Origin: Acidimicrobiia bacterium
GTDB taxonomy: Bacteria > Actinomycetota > Acidimicrobiia > Acidimicrobiales > JANYDT01
Assembly (NCBI GenBank): GCA_031385545.1
Contig: JANNBN010000166.1
Span: forward strand, 83,826-147,825
Direction of reading: 5' to 3'
Length of the DNA stretch: 64,000 bases
The notes under the pieces were generated by a model. The model was not told the origin of the DNA, searched no databases, and saw nothing but the letters and a program-made list of their open reading frames with translations. Made by a program: the position numbers and the translations under genes. Of the stretch, positions 47,595-56,187 are shown one piece after another. Within the stretch, counting starts at the first letter, position 1, and each line of letters starts with the position of its first letter.

Positions 47595-48476
47595 GTGAGC
47601 GGTATGGACGTCTCATCAACTGATAGTGAGGCGCCAGTCGCCATCCCTGACCCGGCGGCGGAAGCGGGCGCGATCGCACGAGGTGCGCTCGAACGACCGC
47701 TCCCACGGATCATTGCGATTGCCAACCAGAAGGGAGGGGTGGGCAAAACCACGACAGCGATCAGTGTGGGAGCGTCGCTAGCCGACCTGGGTTACCGGGT
47801 GTTGGTCGTTGACCTGGATCCGCAGGGCAACGCGACTACCGGTCTTGGGGTGAACGCCCGCGAACTGGATCACAGTGTCTACGAGGTGTTGATGCACGAC
47901 GTCCCGATTGAGGACGCCATCGAACCAACAGCCGTACAGAACCTGTTTGTCGTTGCGACAACGATCGATCTGGCCGGGGCTGAAATCGAACTGGTTCCAG
48001 CTATGTCTCGCGAAATGAAGTTGAAACGGGCCCTCGCCCGAGTACGCGACGACTTCGACTACACGCTTATCGACTGTCCACCGTCGCTCGGTTTGCTGAC
48101 GATCAACGCGTTGTCTGCTGCAACCGAGGTGATGGTCCCTATTCAGTGTGAATACTTTGCCCTCGAAGGATTGGGTCAACTTCTCCGCAACGTCACGCTG
48201 ATTCAGAACAATTTGAACCCCGACCTGGAGATCAGCACCTTCGTCCTCACCATGTACGACGCTCGGACGAAGTTGGCCGACCAAGTGACGAAGGAAATCC
48301 GGACGCATTTCGGGTCCCGGGTCAGCAAGCACATCATTCCCCGGTCGGTGCGGCTGTCAGAGGCCCCCTCCTTCGGGCAGCCAATTACAGTCTTCGACCC
48401 CACCTCACGCGGTGCGCTTGCGTACCGTGAACTAGCAAAGGAGCTCAGCGGTGGTCCGGCAAAGCGGTTTGGGTAA
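47595..48476 (+). CDS. parA: chromosome partitioning ATPase ParA (Soj)
   Basis: Deviant Walker A IANQKGGVGKTTTA, VLVVDLDPQGNAT, IDCPPSLG. GTG start; ATG 47604 is an alternative. Confidence 0.93.
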   Translation: MSGMDVSSTDSEAPVAIPDPAAEAGAIARGALERPLPRIIAIANQKGGVGKTTTAISVGASLADLGYRVLVVDLDPQGNATTGLGVNARELDHSVYEVLMHDVPIEDAIEPTAVQNLFVVATTIDLAGAEIELVPAMSREMKLKRALARVRDDFDYTLIDCPPSLGLLTINALSAATEVMVPIQCEYFALEGLGQLLRNVTLIQNNLNPDLEISTFVLTMYDARTKLADQVTKEIRTHFGSRVSKHIIPRSVRLSEAPSFGQPITVFDPTSRGALAYRELAKELSGGPAKRFG

Positions 48477-49398
48477 AGGACTCGGGGCGTTGATCCCGAC
48501 AGCGGAAGAACGGGCGACTGCGGATGCGATCCCGACGAAGTCGACGAGCGATGGAGAAGGGGTGCTCGCCGAAATCGCGCTGCAGGCCATCGTGCCGAGC
48601 AGATTCCAGACCCGTGAAGTCTTTGACGAAGTGGCGCTCGAGGACCTTGCGGGGTCAATCAAAGAAGTTGGCGTCCTGCAGCCGATCCTGGTCAGACCAT
48701 TGGGAAACGGTTCCTATGAGTTGGTGGCCGGTGAGCGTCGCTGGCGAGCGGCTCGACGCGCTGGGTTGAGAACCATCCCCGCGCTCATCAAAGACACCCC
48801 GGATCAAGCGTCTGTTCTCCATGTCCTCATCGAGAACCTGCAGCGCGAGGATCTTGATGCGCTTGAAGAGGCTGCGGGATTCCAACAACTCATTGCCGAG
48901 TTGGGTGCGACGCACGAAGAGGTTGCGACCCGAGTCGGCCGGTCTCGCTCGGCTGTGACCAACAGTCTTCGGCTGTTGCAGCTCACACCTGCGATACAGA
49001 AGATGATCAAGACGAAGGAACTGTCAGCAGGGCACGCCCGTACCCTGCTGCAGATCACAGACAAGGCCTTTCAGGAAACCCTCGCCCGGCGAGCAGTGTC
49101 CGAAGGGATGACGGTCAGGCAACTCGAAGCTGCAATCCAGCTGCGATCGGCTCTTGCCTCGGGCAAGAGCGGCAAGCCCACGCCGGCGTCGCGAACAAAC
49201 GCGAAAGCGACGGACAAGCCCGCAGCGCTCTTAGAACTCGAAGAAATTTTGTCCGGGCAGTTCGATACCCGGGTCGGAATCGATCTCGGCCCGAAGAATG
49301 GCAAAATCGTTATCGAGTTCGCCGACATCGAAGACCTTGAGCGAATTTTCGCTGTGATGACCGGCGAAACCCCCGAACCGGACCTCGTCGAAGGCTGA
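48451..49398 (+). CDS. parB: chromosome partitioning protein ParB (Spo0J)
   Basis: GLGKGLGALIP, ParB box LQPILVRP...YELVAGERRWRAARRAGL (GERR CTP-binding motif), HTH region. Confidence 0.93.
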   Translation: MVRQSGLGKGLGALIPTAEERATADAIPTKSTSDGEGVLAEIALQAIVPSRFQTREVFDEVALEDLAGSIKEVGVLQPILVRPLGNGSYELVAGERRWRAARRAGLRTIPALIKDTPDQASVLHVLIENLQREDLDALEEAAGFQQLIAELGATHEEVATRVGRSRSAVTNSLRLLQLTPAIQKMIKTKELSAGHARTLLQITDKAFQETLARRAVSEGMTVRQLEAAIQLRSALASGKSGKPTPASRTNAKATDKPAALLELEEILSGQFDTRVGIDLGPKNGKIVIEFADIEDLERIFAVMTGETPEPDLVEG

Positions 49399-49456
49399 CC
49401 ACGAAACGGCCACCGAGCGTCCTACTACTGGCGCAGGGGCAGCTCGACCGAGGGGC

Positions 49457-49783
49457 CTACAGGTGGGTGGACAGCTTGTCCATCAGCCGGCCTTTGGGCA
49501 TTGCGCCCACGATGCGATCAACAAGCTCGCCATTTTTGAACACCAGCATGGTGGGAATGCTCTGTACCCCGTAGCGCATTGCAACGTTTGGGTTCTCGTC
49601 GACATTGAGCTTCGCGATCTGCAGCTTGCCGACCTGCTCCGACGAAATCTCATCGAGCACGGGAGCAACCATCTTGCACGGCCCGCACCATTCGGCCCAG
49701 AAATCGATGACGATCGGCGTGTCGGCTGCACCGACATGCTCGTCGAACGTGGCATCGGTGAGGGTTGCGATGTGCTCGGACAT
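49457..49783 (-). CDS. trxA: thioredoxin
   Basis: VIDFWAEWCGPCKMVAP active site. ATG 49783 is preceded by AGGAG. Confidence 0.95.
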   Translation of the reverse strand: MSEHIATLTDATFDEHVGAADTPIVIDFWAEWCGPCKMVAPVLDEISSEQVGKLQIAKLNVDENPNVAMRYGVQSIPTMLVFKNGELVDRIVGAMPKGRLMDKLSTHL

Positions 49784-49920
49784 GGTGGTTCTCCTAAAAC
49801 AATTGGAACGAATGCTGCGAATGAGTAAAGCACGCGTCGAGAGTGAGTCGGATATGAATCGTATGGGGTTTGAGTCTGCAGCCCGGCGTTGCCAGCGGTG
49901 CAAGTCACCGCTTGACGGTG

Positions 49921-49948
49921 CAACCGAAAGGCCTATCGGCTTGTTCCC
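49921..49948 (-). promoter_or_regulatory. candidate ECF-type (SigH/SigR/SigE-like) promoter GGGAAC-N18-GTT upstream of trxA
   Basis: The minus strand reads GGGAAC AAGCCGATAGGCCTTTCG GTTG. It lies in the 258-bp trxB-trxA spacer, about 135 nt upstream of the trxA ATG. Confidence 0.35.
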
Positions 49949-50041
49949 GGAGCAGCGAATTCATAAACCCAACCCTGTGTGGGCCCGTGCCTGGCCCGGG
50001 TCGGTCTGTATCGGCCCTGACACTGCGCAGAACAGGTCTCG

Positions 50042-50986
50042 TCAGTGGTGAGCCTCAAGCCAGCGCTCGGCATCGATTGCGGCCATGCAACCGGATCCCG
50101 CAGCGGTGATGGCCTGGCGGTACGTGTGATCCTGCACGTCGCCGCAGCCGAAGACCCCATCAACGTTGGTCAGTGACCGCCCGGGCACTGTTGCCAGGTA
50201 TCCCTGCTCGTCAAGATCGACCTGGCCCTTGAACAAGTCGGTGTTCGGCACATGCCCGATGGCGACGAACAAACCCGTGACGTTCAACGTGGAACGCTCG
50301 CCCGTGACCGTGTCTTCGAGAACGGCTCCTTCCAAGGACGGTGCTCCGAGGAGATCAACGACGGCAGAGTTCCAGCGAAACTCGATCTTGGGATTGGCCA
50401 TGGCCCGGTCCTGCATGATCTTGGAGGCACGGAGCGAGTCTCGGCGGTGCACCACGGTGACCTTGCTGGCGAATTTCGTGAGGAAATTCGCTTCTTCCAT
50501 CGCAGAGTCACCTCCTCCGACCACAGCAATTTCCTTTCCCCTGAAAAAGAAGCCGTCGCAGGTTGCACAGGTCGAGAGACCGTGCCCGAGCAACCGCTGT
50601 TCGGCGGGGAGGTTCAGCATCAACGACCGCGCACCGGTCGAGATGATCACTGCCTTCGATCGGTACTCGTTGTCGCCGACGAACACCGAGAAAGGCTGCT
50701 GGGTGAAGTCGACCCTGGTGACCTTTTCTGTGAGCATCTCGGCACCGAACCGCTCGGCCTGGGCCCGCATGGTGGTCATGAGCTCGGGTCCTTGGATGCC
50801 GTGCTCGAAACCAGGGAAGTTCTCGACCTCAGTGGTGAGCATCAATTGCCCACCTGGTTGGTCGCCGGTGGACGAGATCTCGCCCTCGATGACGAGCGGG
50901 TGCAAGTTCGCCCGAGCGGTGTAAATGGCAGCTGTGAGACCAGCTGGGCCTGAACCGATGATGATGACGTCTCGCACGGATGACAT
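50042..50986 (-). CDS. trxB: thioredoxin-disulfide reductase
   Basis: FAD motif IIGSGPAGLTAAIY, redox centre CATCDGFFF, NADPH motif VVGGGDSAMEEA. Confidence 0.95.
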   Translation of the reverse strand: MSSVRDVIIIGSGPAGLTAAIYTARANLHPLVIEGEISSTGDQPGGQLMLTTEVENFPGFEHGIQGPELMTTMRAQAERFGAEMLTEKVTRVDFTQQPFSVFVGDNEYRSKAVIISTGARSLMLNLPAEQRLLGHGLSTCATCDGFFFRGKEIAVVGGGDSAMEEANFLTKFASKVTVVHRRDSLRASKIMQDRAMANPKIEFRWNSAVVDLLGAPSLEGAVLEDTVTGERSTLNVTGLFVAIGHVPNTDLFKGQVDLDEQGYLATVPGRSLTNVDGVFGCGDVQDHTYRQAITAAGSGCMAAIDAERWLEAHH

Positions 50987-51017
50987 GACTCAGAGAACCT
51001 TTCGCAGCCGACTTTGG

Positions 51018-51317
51018 TCAGGCGGTTGGTTTGGCACGACGACGGCGCCACAGCAGCGCCCCGCCCAGCATGAACACCGAACCGATGAGGAAATATGCCA
51101 ACCACACGCCCTTCGGCAGATAGCTGTCGGTCAAACGCACCAGCCCGATGATCAAGAAGCAGAACAACAGGACGGCCAGACCCAGTGCCATGACAAAGAA
51201 CACGGCGTACTTGACCAATTTCGTTGCGGGTTCCGACGTCTTCGACCGGACGGACCCCACCGCTTGTTCGAATGTGTCGACCAACTGCGTTGCCCAGTCC
51301 GGTTCTGCATTGCTCAC
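51018..51317 (-). CDS. small two-helix membrane protein (holin-X / phage-holin-3-like topology), unknown function
   Basis: 99 aa. Amphipathic N-terminus, then two hydrophobic helices (YAVFFVMALGLAVLLFCFLIIGLV; VWLAYFLIGSVFMLGGALLW) and a basic tail RRRRAK. GTG start. Confidence 0.55.
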   Translation of the reverse strand: MSNAEPDWATQLVDTFEQAVGSVRSKTSEPATKLVKYAVFFVMALGLAVLLFCFLIIGLVRLTDSYLPKGVWLAYFLIGSVFMLGGALLWRRRRAKPTA

Positions 51318-51366
51318 ACGAGCAGACTATCCGTTCGGGTGGGTCGGGTTTCCTGCGGGACTTGCG

Positions 51367-52749
51367 TCACGTGACGGGCCGGCACGCATCATCGACAGCA
51401 ACAACCACGGGTGCTTTCCCGACGGGGGTGGCGACTGCAAAGGTGACCATGCGGTCCCCGACGAGCGCCCGAACGAAACGCGGTGGTGCCTGTTCGACCC
51501 CCGACACCGTGAGCGCAACGCGTAACGCATCAGCGCATGGCGTTGACACGTCTGCCAGCGCCAGAGTCGGATCAGCTCGCAGCTTCGCAGCAACTTCGGA
51601 CACGGACAGGTACTTGCCGAGCAAGTTCGGTGTGGGCGGCAGATCGGAGGTGGTCGTTGCAGCTGCTTCTGCGGCCGGTTCGGCAAGCGTGGCTGAACCA
51701 ACACCCGAACGATCCGCTGTCACCGTGGTCGTCGGACGCACCGCAGGAGCCAGGGCCGCGGGAGCGGGCGGGGCGAGATCGGAGGAGGTCGGAGGCTCGG
51801 AAGAGCGCGCAGGTGGCGCTCCACCGGGTGGAAGAGCAGATTTCCTTGCCAGGGGCGGCGATGTGCCTCCTGCCGTATCGATCTGCCCGCCTACAGCGCT
51901 GTCGAAGCTCACCGCTTCGTCGTCGGTTGGAATGTGCGCCGTCGTGCCGCCTGCGCCAGGTGCGCCCTCCGACGTAGCCGACTCCATCGCTGCTCGGGCG
52001 CTCGCGGCTTCCTCGGACGCGACGCCGGCGAAATTTCCGGCCACCGTTTCGGGTGCAGCGGCTGCTTCCGCCGCCGCTGCAGCGGTTGTGTCTGCCGCCG
52101 CTGCTGTCTCGGCTGCCTCGCCAGCGAGATTTGCTGACGTGACCCGCGCCGAGTTGGCGAACAAAGCACTGGCTCCGAAGGTGCATGCCGCCAGGACCGC
52201 TGCGGCTGACGCCGCGTAACGTGGGGTGAAGTAGCGGGTTCGGCGGCGCTGCAGGGAGATCACGTTGGAGGAATGGACCGCAGCATCTTGGCCGGGCGAA
52301 AGCGTTGGTTCGGCCGTTGGTTCGGCCGCTGGGTCCGAAACGGGCTCCGCAGTGGATGTCGGTTCGATCACGGGATCAGCGATCGATCGGGCCCAACTTC
52401 CCACGATGGCCACCCTGGCCGGGCACGCAACGCACGCAGCGAGATGCAAGATGGTCGTGCGAACCGCCTCTGCGTCAAGTCCGAAAGCAGCATCGGGAAC
52501 GCCGGCCTGCAGGTCGGCCAGGACCGAAACCCCAAGATCGCTCAGATGGCCGTCACGAAGCAGGCGGTCGTGGTCGTCGATGTCAGCCCATTCAGCTCGT
52601 TCCTCGTCCTGGTCCTTCTGATATCTCGCGCTGTGATCACCGGTGGCGGCATTTTCGGTTCTGGAGAGGCCGTCAAAGATCGGCGCGTCCAACCAACCTG
52701 CCGTCGGGTCAGGTTGCGGAGCGGCAGATGTGGGTTCGGGAGCGCTCAT
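51367..52749 (-). CDS. membrane-spanning anti-sigma factor with ZAS-type H-x3-C-x2-C motif and Ala-rich extracytoplasmic region
   Basis: HLAACVAC (H102, C106, C109), single TM YAASAAAVLAACTFGASALFA. ATGA overlap with the upstream ECF sigma stop. Position equivalent to the anti-SigM gene of mycobacteria. Confidence 0.6.
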   Translation of the reverse strand: MSAPEPTSAAPQPDPTAGWLDAPIFDGLSRTENAATGDHSARYQKDQDEERAEWADIDDHDRLLRDGHLSDLGVSVLADLQAGVPDAAFGLDAEAVRTTILHLAACVACPARVAIVGSWARSIADPVIEPTSTAEPVSDPAAEPTAEPTLSPGQDAAVHSSNVISLQRRRTRYFTPRYAASAAAVLAACTFGASALFANSARVTSANLAGEAAETAAAADTTAAAAAEAAAAPETVAGNFAGVASEEAASARAAMESATSEGAPGAGGTTAHIPTDDEAVSFDSAVGGQIDTAGGTSPPLARKSALPPGGAPPARSSEPPTSSDLAPPAPAALAPAVRPTTTVTADRSGVGSATLAEPAAEAAATTTSDLPPTPNLLGKYLSVSEVAAKLRADPTLALADVSTPCADALRVALTVSGVEQAPPRFVRALVGDRMVTFAVATPVGKAPVVVAVDDACRPVT

Positions 52750-53504
52750 GGGTGGCTCGAGTCTGACGGTGGGAGTTGATGTGTGGTGAGACGCAGTTCC
52801 GTGCCGGGTTGGTTCCCGGAGGTTGCTGTGCCAACGGTCATGTGAGCGCGAGCGGTTTGCTGCGCACTGGGGTGCGGGTCCTCGTCGGTGGGGTCGCCCA
52901 ATCCCGATTCAGGCCGTGCGAGCGCGGCACGGCCCCGGGCGATACGAGAGCGAACCGTCCCGATGGGGATGCCGAGAACGTCAGCGATCTCGCCGTAGTC
53001 GAGGTCGCAGAGATCACGAAGCACAACCGCCGTGCGAAACTCGACGGGCAGCCTCTGCAACGCAGCGTCCACTTGGAGTCGGTCTGCGATCCGTCGGTCG
53101 AACCCGCCGTCGGCCGATGCCCTGCCGTCAAAAGCCCTGCCGTCAAAAGCCCTGCCGTCCAAAGACCTGCCGGTGCCCGCAAACTCAAGCATGGAATCGT
53201 CGGTGGCAATGGGTCGTCTCTTGCGTCTGCGCAGTTCGTCGAGTGACGCGTTGGTGGCGATGCGATAAACCCATGTCGAGAACGCTGCAGTTCCGTCGAA
53301 CTTGGCGATGTGGCGCATGATTGCGATGGAGGCCTCTTGAGTCGCGTCGTGGGCGTCGGCATCGGAACCGACAATCCGACGGCAGACTCCCCAGATCCGC
53401 TGACGGTGGGCCCGCAGCAACTCATCAAGCGCCCGGGTGTCGCCCTGCTGCGCATTGGCGATCAACCGGGCTTCGGTCTCCCGGTCCAGCAGCTTGTCGA
53501 CCAC
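52746..53504 (-). CDS. ECF (group 4) sigma-70 family RNA polymerase sigma factor, SigM-like by position
   Basis: Region 2: ALDELLRAHRQRIWGVCRRIVG...DATQEASIAIMRHI..FDG...FSTWVYRIATNASLDELRRR. Region 4: LPVEFRTAVVLRDLCDLDYGEIADVLGIPIGTVRSRIARGR. GTG 53504 lies just after the kinase stop. Confidence 0.85.
   Translation of the reverse strand: MVDKLLDRETEARLIANAQQGDTRALDELLRAHRQRIWGVCRRIVGSDADAHDATQEASIAIMRHIAKFDGTAAFSTWVYRIATNASLDELRRRKRRPIATDDSMLEFAGTGRSLDGRAFDGRAFDGRASADGGFDRRIADRLQVDAALQRLPVEFRTAVVLRDLCDLDYGEIADVLGIPIGTVRSRIARGRAALARPESGLGDPTDEDPHPSAQQTARAHMTVGTATSGNQPGTELRLTTHQLPPSDSSHP
53119..53172. repeat. 15-bp tandem repeat (GCCCTGCCGTCAAAA x about 3.5) encoding (DGRAF)n in the sigma factor region 2-4 linker
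   Basis: Read directly. Protein segment SLDGRAFDGRAFDGRASADGGFD. Confidence 0.8.
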
Positions 53505-53506
53505 GG

Positions 53507-55228
53507 TCAGCCGAACACCTTGACTTCGGCGATCGAAACGCTTGCGTTCGGTCCGAGATCGTCGACCCAGAGCATCACGTGGCGGGCGCGTCGGTTGACG
53601 GCGATCGTGACCGTGGAATTCGGCACGGGTTCGAACCTGGTCGCGCGCTCGCCCCACGCCGCCAGTTCCGAGCCGACCGAGGAGTCGGTGTAGACAACCG
53701 CATTCCAACCAGCCGACAGGCTTGCCACCTGAAGCGACCCGATGTGGCGCTCGGATCCCATGTCCAGGATCAGCCCGACCCCACGTTTCGACACACCGGC
53801 GAAGCCGCTGTCATAAGTCTCGGTACGCCACGCTGCCAAGGTGCCGTCTGTCAGGTTTCCGAGCAGTTCGTTTCGTTCGGCGCCATCGCCGGGGGCAGGG
53901 TCGAACGTGCGGATGGACTGGATCTCGATCGCGTCGGCCGCCGCTGATCCACTCACCCAACCGCCAACCACGCCTAATAGCAGGCCCGCAATGGTGAGAC
54001 TGATGAGACGCACAACTGGGAGTCGGCGCCGCACGGGATCGCGTTGCTGAGTCGTGGATCTTCCGGTGGATTTTCCGGTGGACTTGGGTTCGCTGCGCTG
54101 GCTCGGCGACCCGGGCCGCTCGGCGGTTCGTTCGCTTGGTCGTTCGCTTGGTCGTTCGCTTGGTCGTCTCGCGATGCGGGTGCGTTCGTCCATCAGCACC
54201 GTGGATGCATCTGGGGTATCCAGGGCATCCGCCGCGCCGCCCGTCGCCGAGGCCGCTGGAACCGGCCGTGGCATTCCGGAAGCCGGCGTGGTTGCACCTG
54301 ATGCCCGGGTGACGACAGGGGCTGCATCGTCGTCGATGTCGACCGTCCGGAGCGCCCGCGCCAGGTCAGAGGCCCGCTGGTAGCGCTGCTCGGGATTGCG
54401 CGCCATCGCAGTCATGATGACGCGCTCAAGTGACCGCGACAGGTCGGGCCGGATCTGCCGTGGGCGTTGCGTGGTTCCGTTGACGTGCAGGGTGGCTGTT
54501 GCCAGGTCCGTCGCGCCAACGAACGGTGGACGCCCGCAGACCGCTTCGTACAGAACCACACCGAGTGAATAGATGTCCGAGCGAGCGTCGATCTCGGCGC
54601 CTTCGACCTGTTCTGGCGACAGATACTTCGCCGTGCCGAGTATGGACCCGACCTGAGTCAGGTCCTCGTGCTCCGGCCCGGTGAGCGTTTGCTGGACGGC
54701 TTTGGCGATGCCGAAATCTGCGACCTTCACCCGGCCATCGGGTTGAACCATGATGTTGCCCGGTTTCACATCCCGGTGGACGAACCCGCTGGCATGGGCA
54801 AACGCGAGCCCATCAGCGGCTTGCGCCACCACGGACACCGAGTCGCTGACGCTCAGCGCGGATTCGCTCATCAGTGCACGCATGGTGCGCCCAGGCACCA
54901 TTTCCATGATGATGTATGCGCGAATCGAATCGTTTGGACGGTCGGGGTACTCGTCGATGCCGGTGTCATAGACGGTGACGATCGCGGGATGGTTCAGGCG
55001 GGCTGCGCTGACAGCCTCGCGCTTGAACCGAGCGCGGAAACCTGCGTCGGAAGCGAGGTGCGGGTACAGGATCTTGGCTGCGACCGACCTGCCGAGGATG
55101 GCGTCGGTTGCTTCCCACACTTCTGCCATGCCGCCGCGCGCCAGCGGTCGGACCAACTGGTACCGCTGCCCGAGGCGTTCCCCGACGACCCCGACGGGCG
55201 ATGTTCCATGTGGTGGGCGCCCTGCCAT
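53507..55228 (-). CDS. transmembrane Ser/Thr protein kinase with extracytoplasmic beta-rich (possibly carbohydrate-binding-like) C-terminal domain
   Basis: VAAKIL (catalytic Lys), HRDVKPGNIMV, DFGIAKA, YLSPEQ. PSER/KSTG low-complexity linker, TM LISLTIAGLLLGVVGGWV, then a roughly 150-aa extracellular domain. Confidence 0.9.
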   Translation of the reverse strand: MAGRPPHGTSPVGVVGERLGQRYQLVRPLARGGMAEVWEATDAILGRSVAAKILYPHLASDAGFRARFKREAVSAARLNHPAIVTVYDTGIDEYPDRPNDSIRAYIIMEMVPGRTMRALMSESALSVSDSVSVVAQAADGLAFAHASGFVHRDVKPGNIMVQPDGRVKVADFGIAKAVQQTLTGPEHEDLTQVGSILGTAKYLSPEQVEGAEIDARSDIYSLGVVLYEAVCGRPPFVGATDLATATLHVNGTTQRPRQIRPDLSRSLERVIMTAMARNPEQRYQRASDLARALRTVDIDDDAAPVVTRASGATTPASGMPRPVPAASATGGAADALDTPDASTVLMDERTRIARRPSERPSERPSERTAERPGSPSQRSEPKSTGKSTGRSTTQQRDPVRRRLPVVRLISLTIAGLLLGVVGGWVSGSAAADAIEIQSIRTFDPAPGDGAERNELLGNLTDGTLAAWRTETYDSGFAGVSKRGVGLILDMGSERHIGSLQVASLSAGWNAVVYTDSSVGSELAAWGERATRFEPVPNSTVTIAVNRRARHVMLWVDDLGPNASVSIAEVKVFG

Positions 55229-55285
55229 GGGCTCAGCTTTGCACGGCTGCGGCGGTGTGCTGCGGCGCGCCGACGAGCTGGTTCA

Positions 55286-56167
55286 TCACGTGGAGCGCAG
55301 CGCGCCAGCAGACGGGGCCACAAAACACAGCCCGATGACCCCAAGCCCGCCGTGAGTTCCGATCACCGCGCCGATCCGACCCACCGTGATCGAATTCCGG
55401 TCGACATGCTCGGACAACAGTTGCAGCAGCATCGACAAGTCGGCCTCGGTGGCATTCCCGTGCATCACCGCGACATTGCTGACCGAGCCGTGTTCGGTCT
55501 TCGCCTTTCCCAGAAAGCCGACGAGCGTGCTGAGCGCTCGTGACCGTGTTCGCTGTTTGCCGGCCTCTTCCACGGCTCCGGTCGACACATTGATAAGCGG
55601 TTTGATGGCCAACAACGACCCGAGCATCGCCTGGGCGCCGCCGATGCGACCGCCCTTTCGGAGGTTGTCGAGCGAATCGATGGTTCCGTAGACGAACGAG
55701 CGCCCGATGTAGGACTGGGCAACTTCGGCGACACGGTGGAGGGTTTCTCCGCCTGCCGCGGCCGTTGCCGCCGCCAGCACCATGGTCCCCTGACCGGCAG
55801 TGATGGATTTCGAATCAACGACGGTGACCGGGAACTCGTCAGCCATCGCCCGTGCGGCGAGGACTGCGGATTGATGCGTGGCCGACAACGCAGCTGACAT
55901 GGTGATGCAGACGACGCCGCTTGCGCCCGCTGCCTGGGCTGCACGGAAGGCGGCTTCGAAGGCTCCGGGAGACGGCGCTGCGGTCTCCGGAAGGTCAGGA
56001 GTCGAGGCCATGCGCGCCCAGAACTGGTCGGCGCTCAACTGCACCCGATCCGTGAACTCTTCCGTGCCGAAGCGGATGGAGAGGGGTACGACCGTCACGT
56101 GCGCAGCGGCTGCCTGCACGTCGGTGAGATCGCAAGCCGAGTCCGTGATGACCTGAACGTGTTTCAT
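55286..56167 (-). CDS. DegV family (fatty-acid-binding, FakB-like) protein
   Basis: MKHVQVITDSACDL...VVPLSIRFG..EFTD...TAAPSPGAF is the DegV N-terminal signature. Start ATG 56167. The ORF-track extension overlaps murJ and is Arg-rich. Confidence 0.8.
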   Translation of the reverse strand: MKHVQVITDSACDLTDVQAAAAHVTVVPLSIRFGTEEFTDRVQLSADQFWARMASTPDLPETAAPSPGAFEAAFRAAQAAGASGVVCITMSAALSATHQSAVLAARAMADEFPVTVVDSKSITAGQGTMVLAAATAAAGGETLHRVAEVAQSYIGRSFVYGTIDSLDNLRKGGRIGGAQAMLGSLLAIKPLINVSTGAVEEAGKQRTRSRALSTLVGFLGKAKTEHGSVSNVAVMHGNATEADLSMLLQLLSEHVDRNSITVGRIGAVIGTHGGLGVIGLCFVAPSAGALRST

Positions 56168-56187
56168 GATCCGCGACGGTATGCGAT

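Noticed and set aside
49894-49920. Mutually exclusive small hairpins (AGCGGTG-CAAGT-CACCGCT versus CACCG-CTTGA-CGGTG) in the trxB-trxA spacer as an attenuator
   Set aside because: The stems are only 5-7 bp with no U-tract. They would lie at or upstream of the transcription start predicted from the GGAAC-N18-GTT motif.
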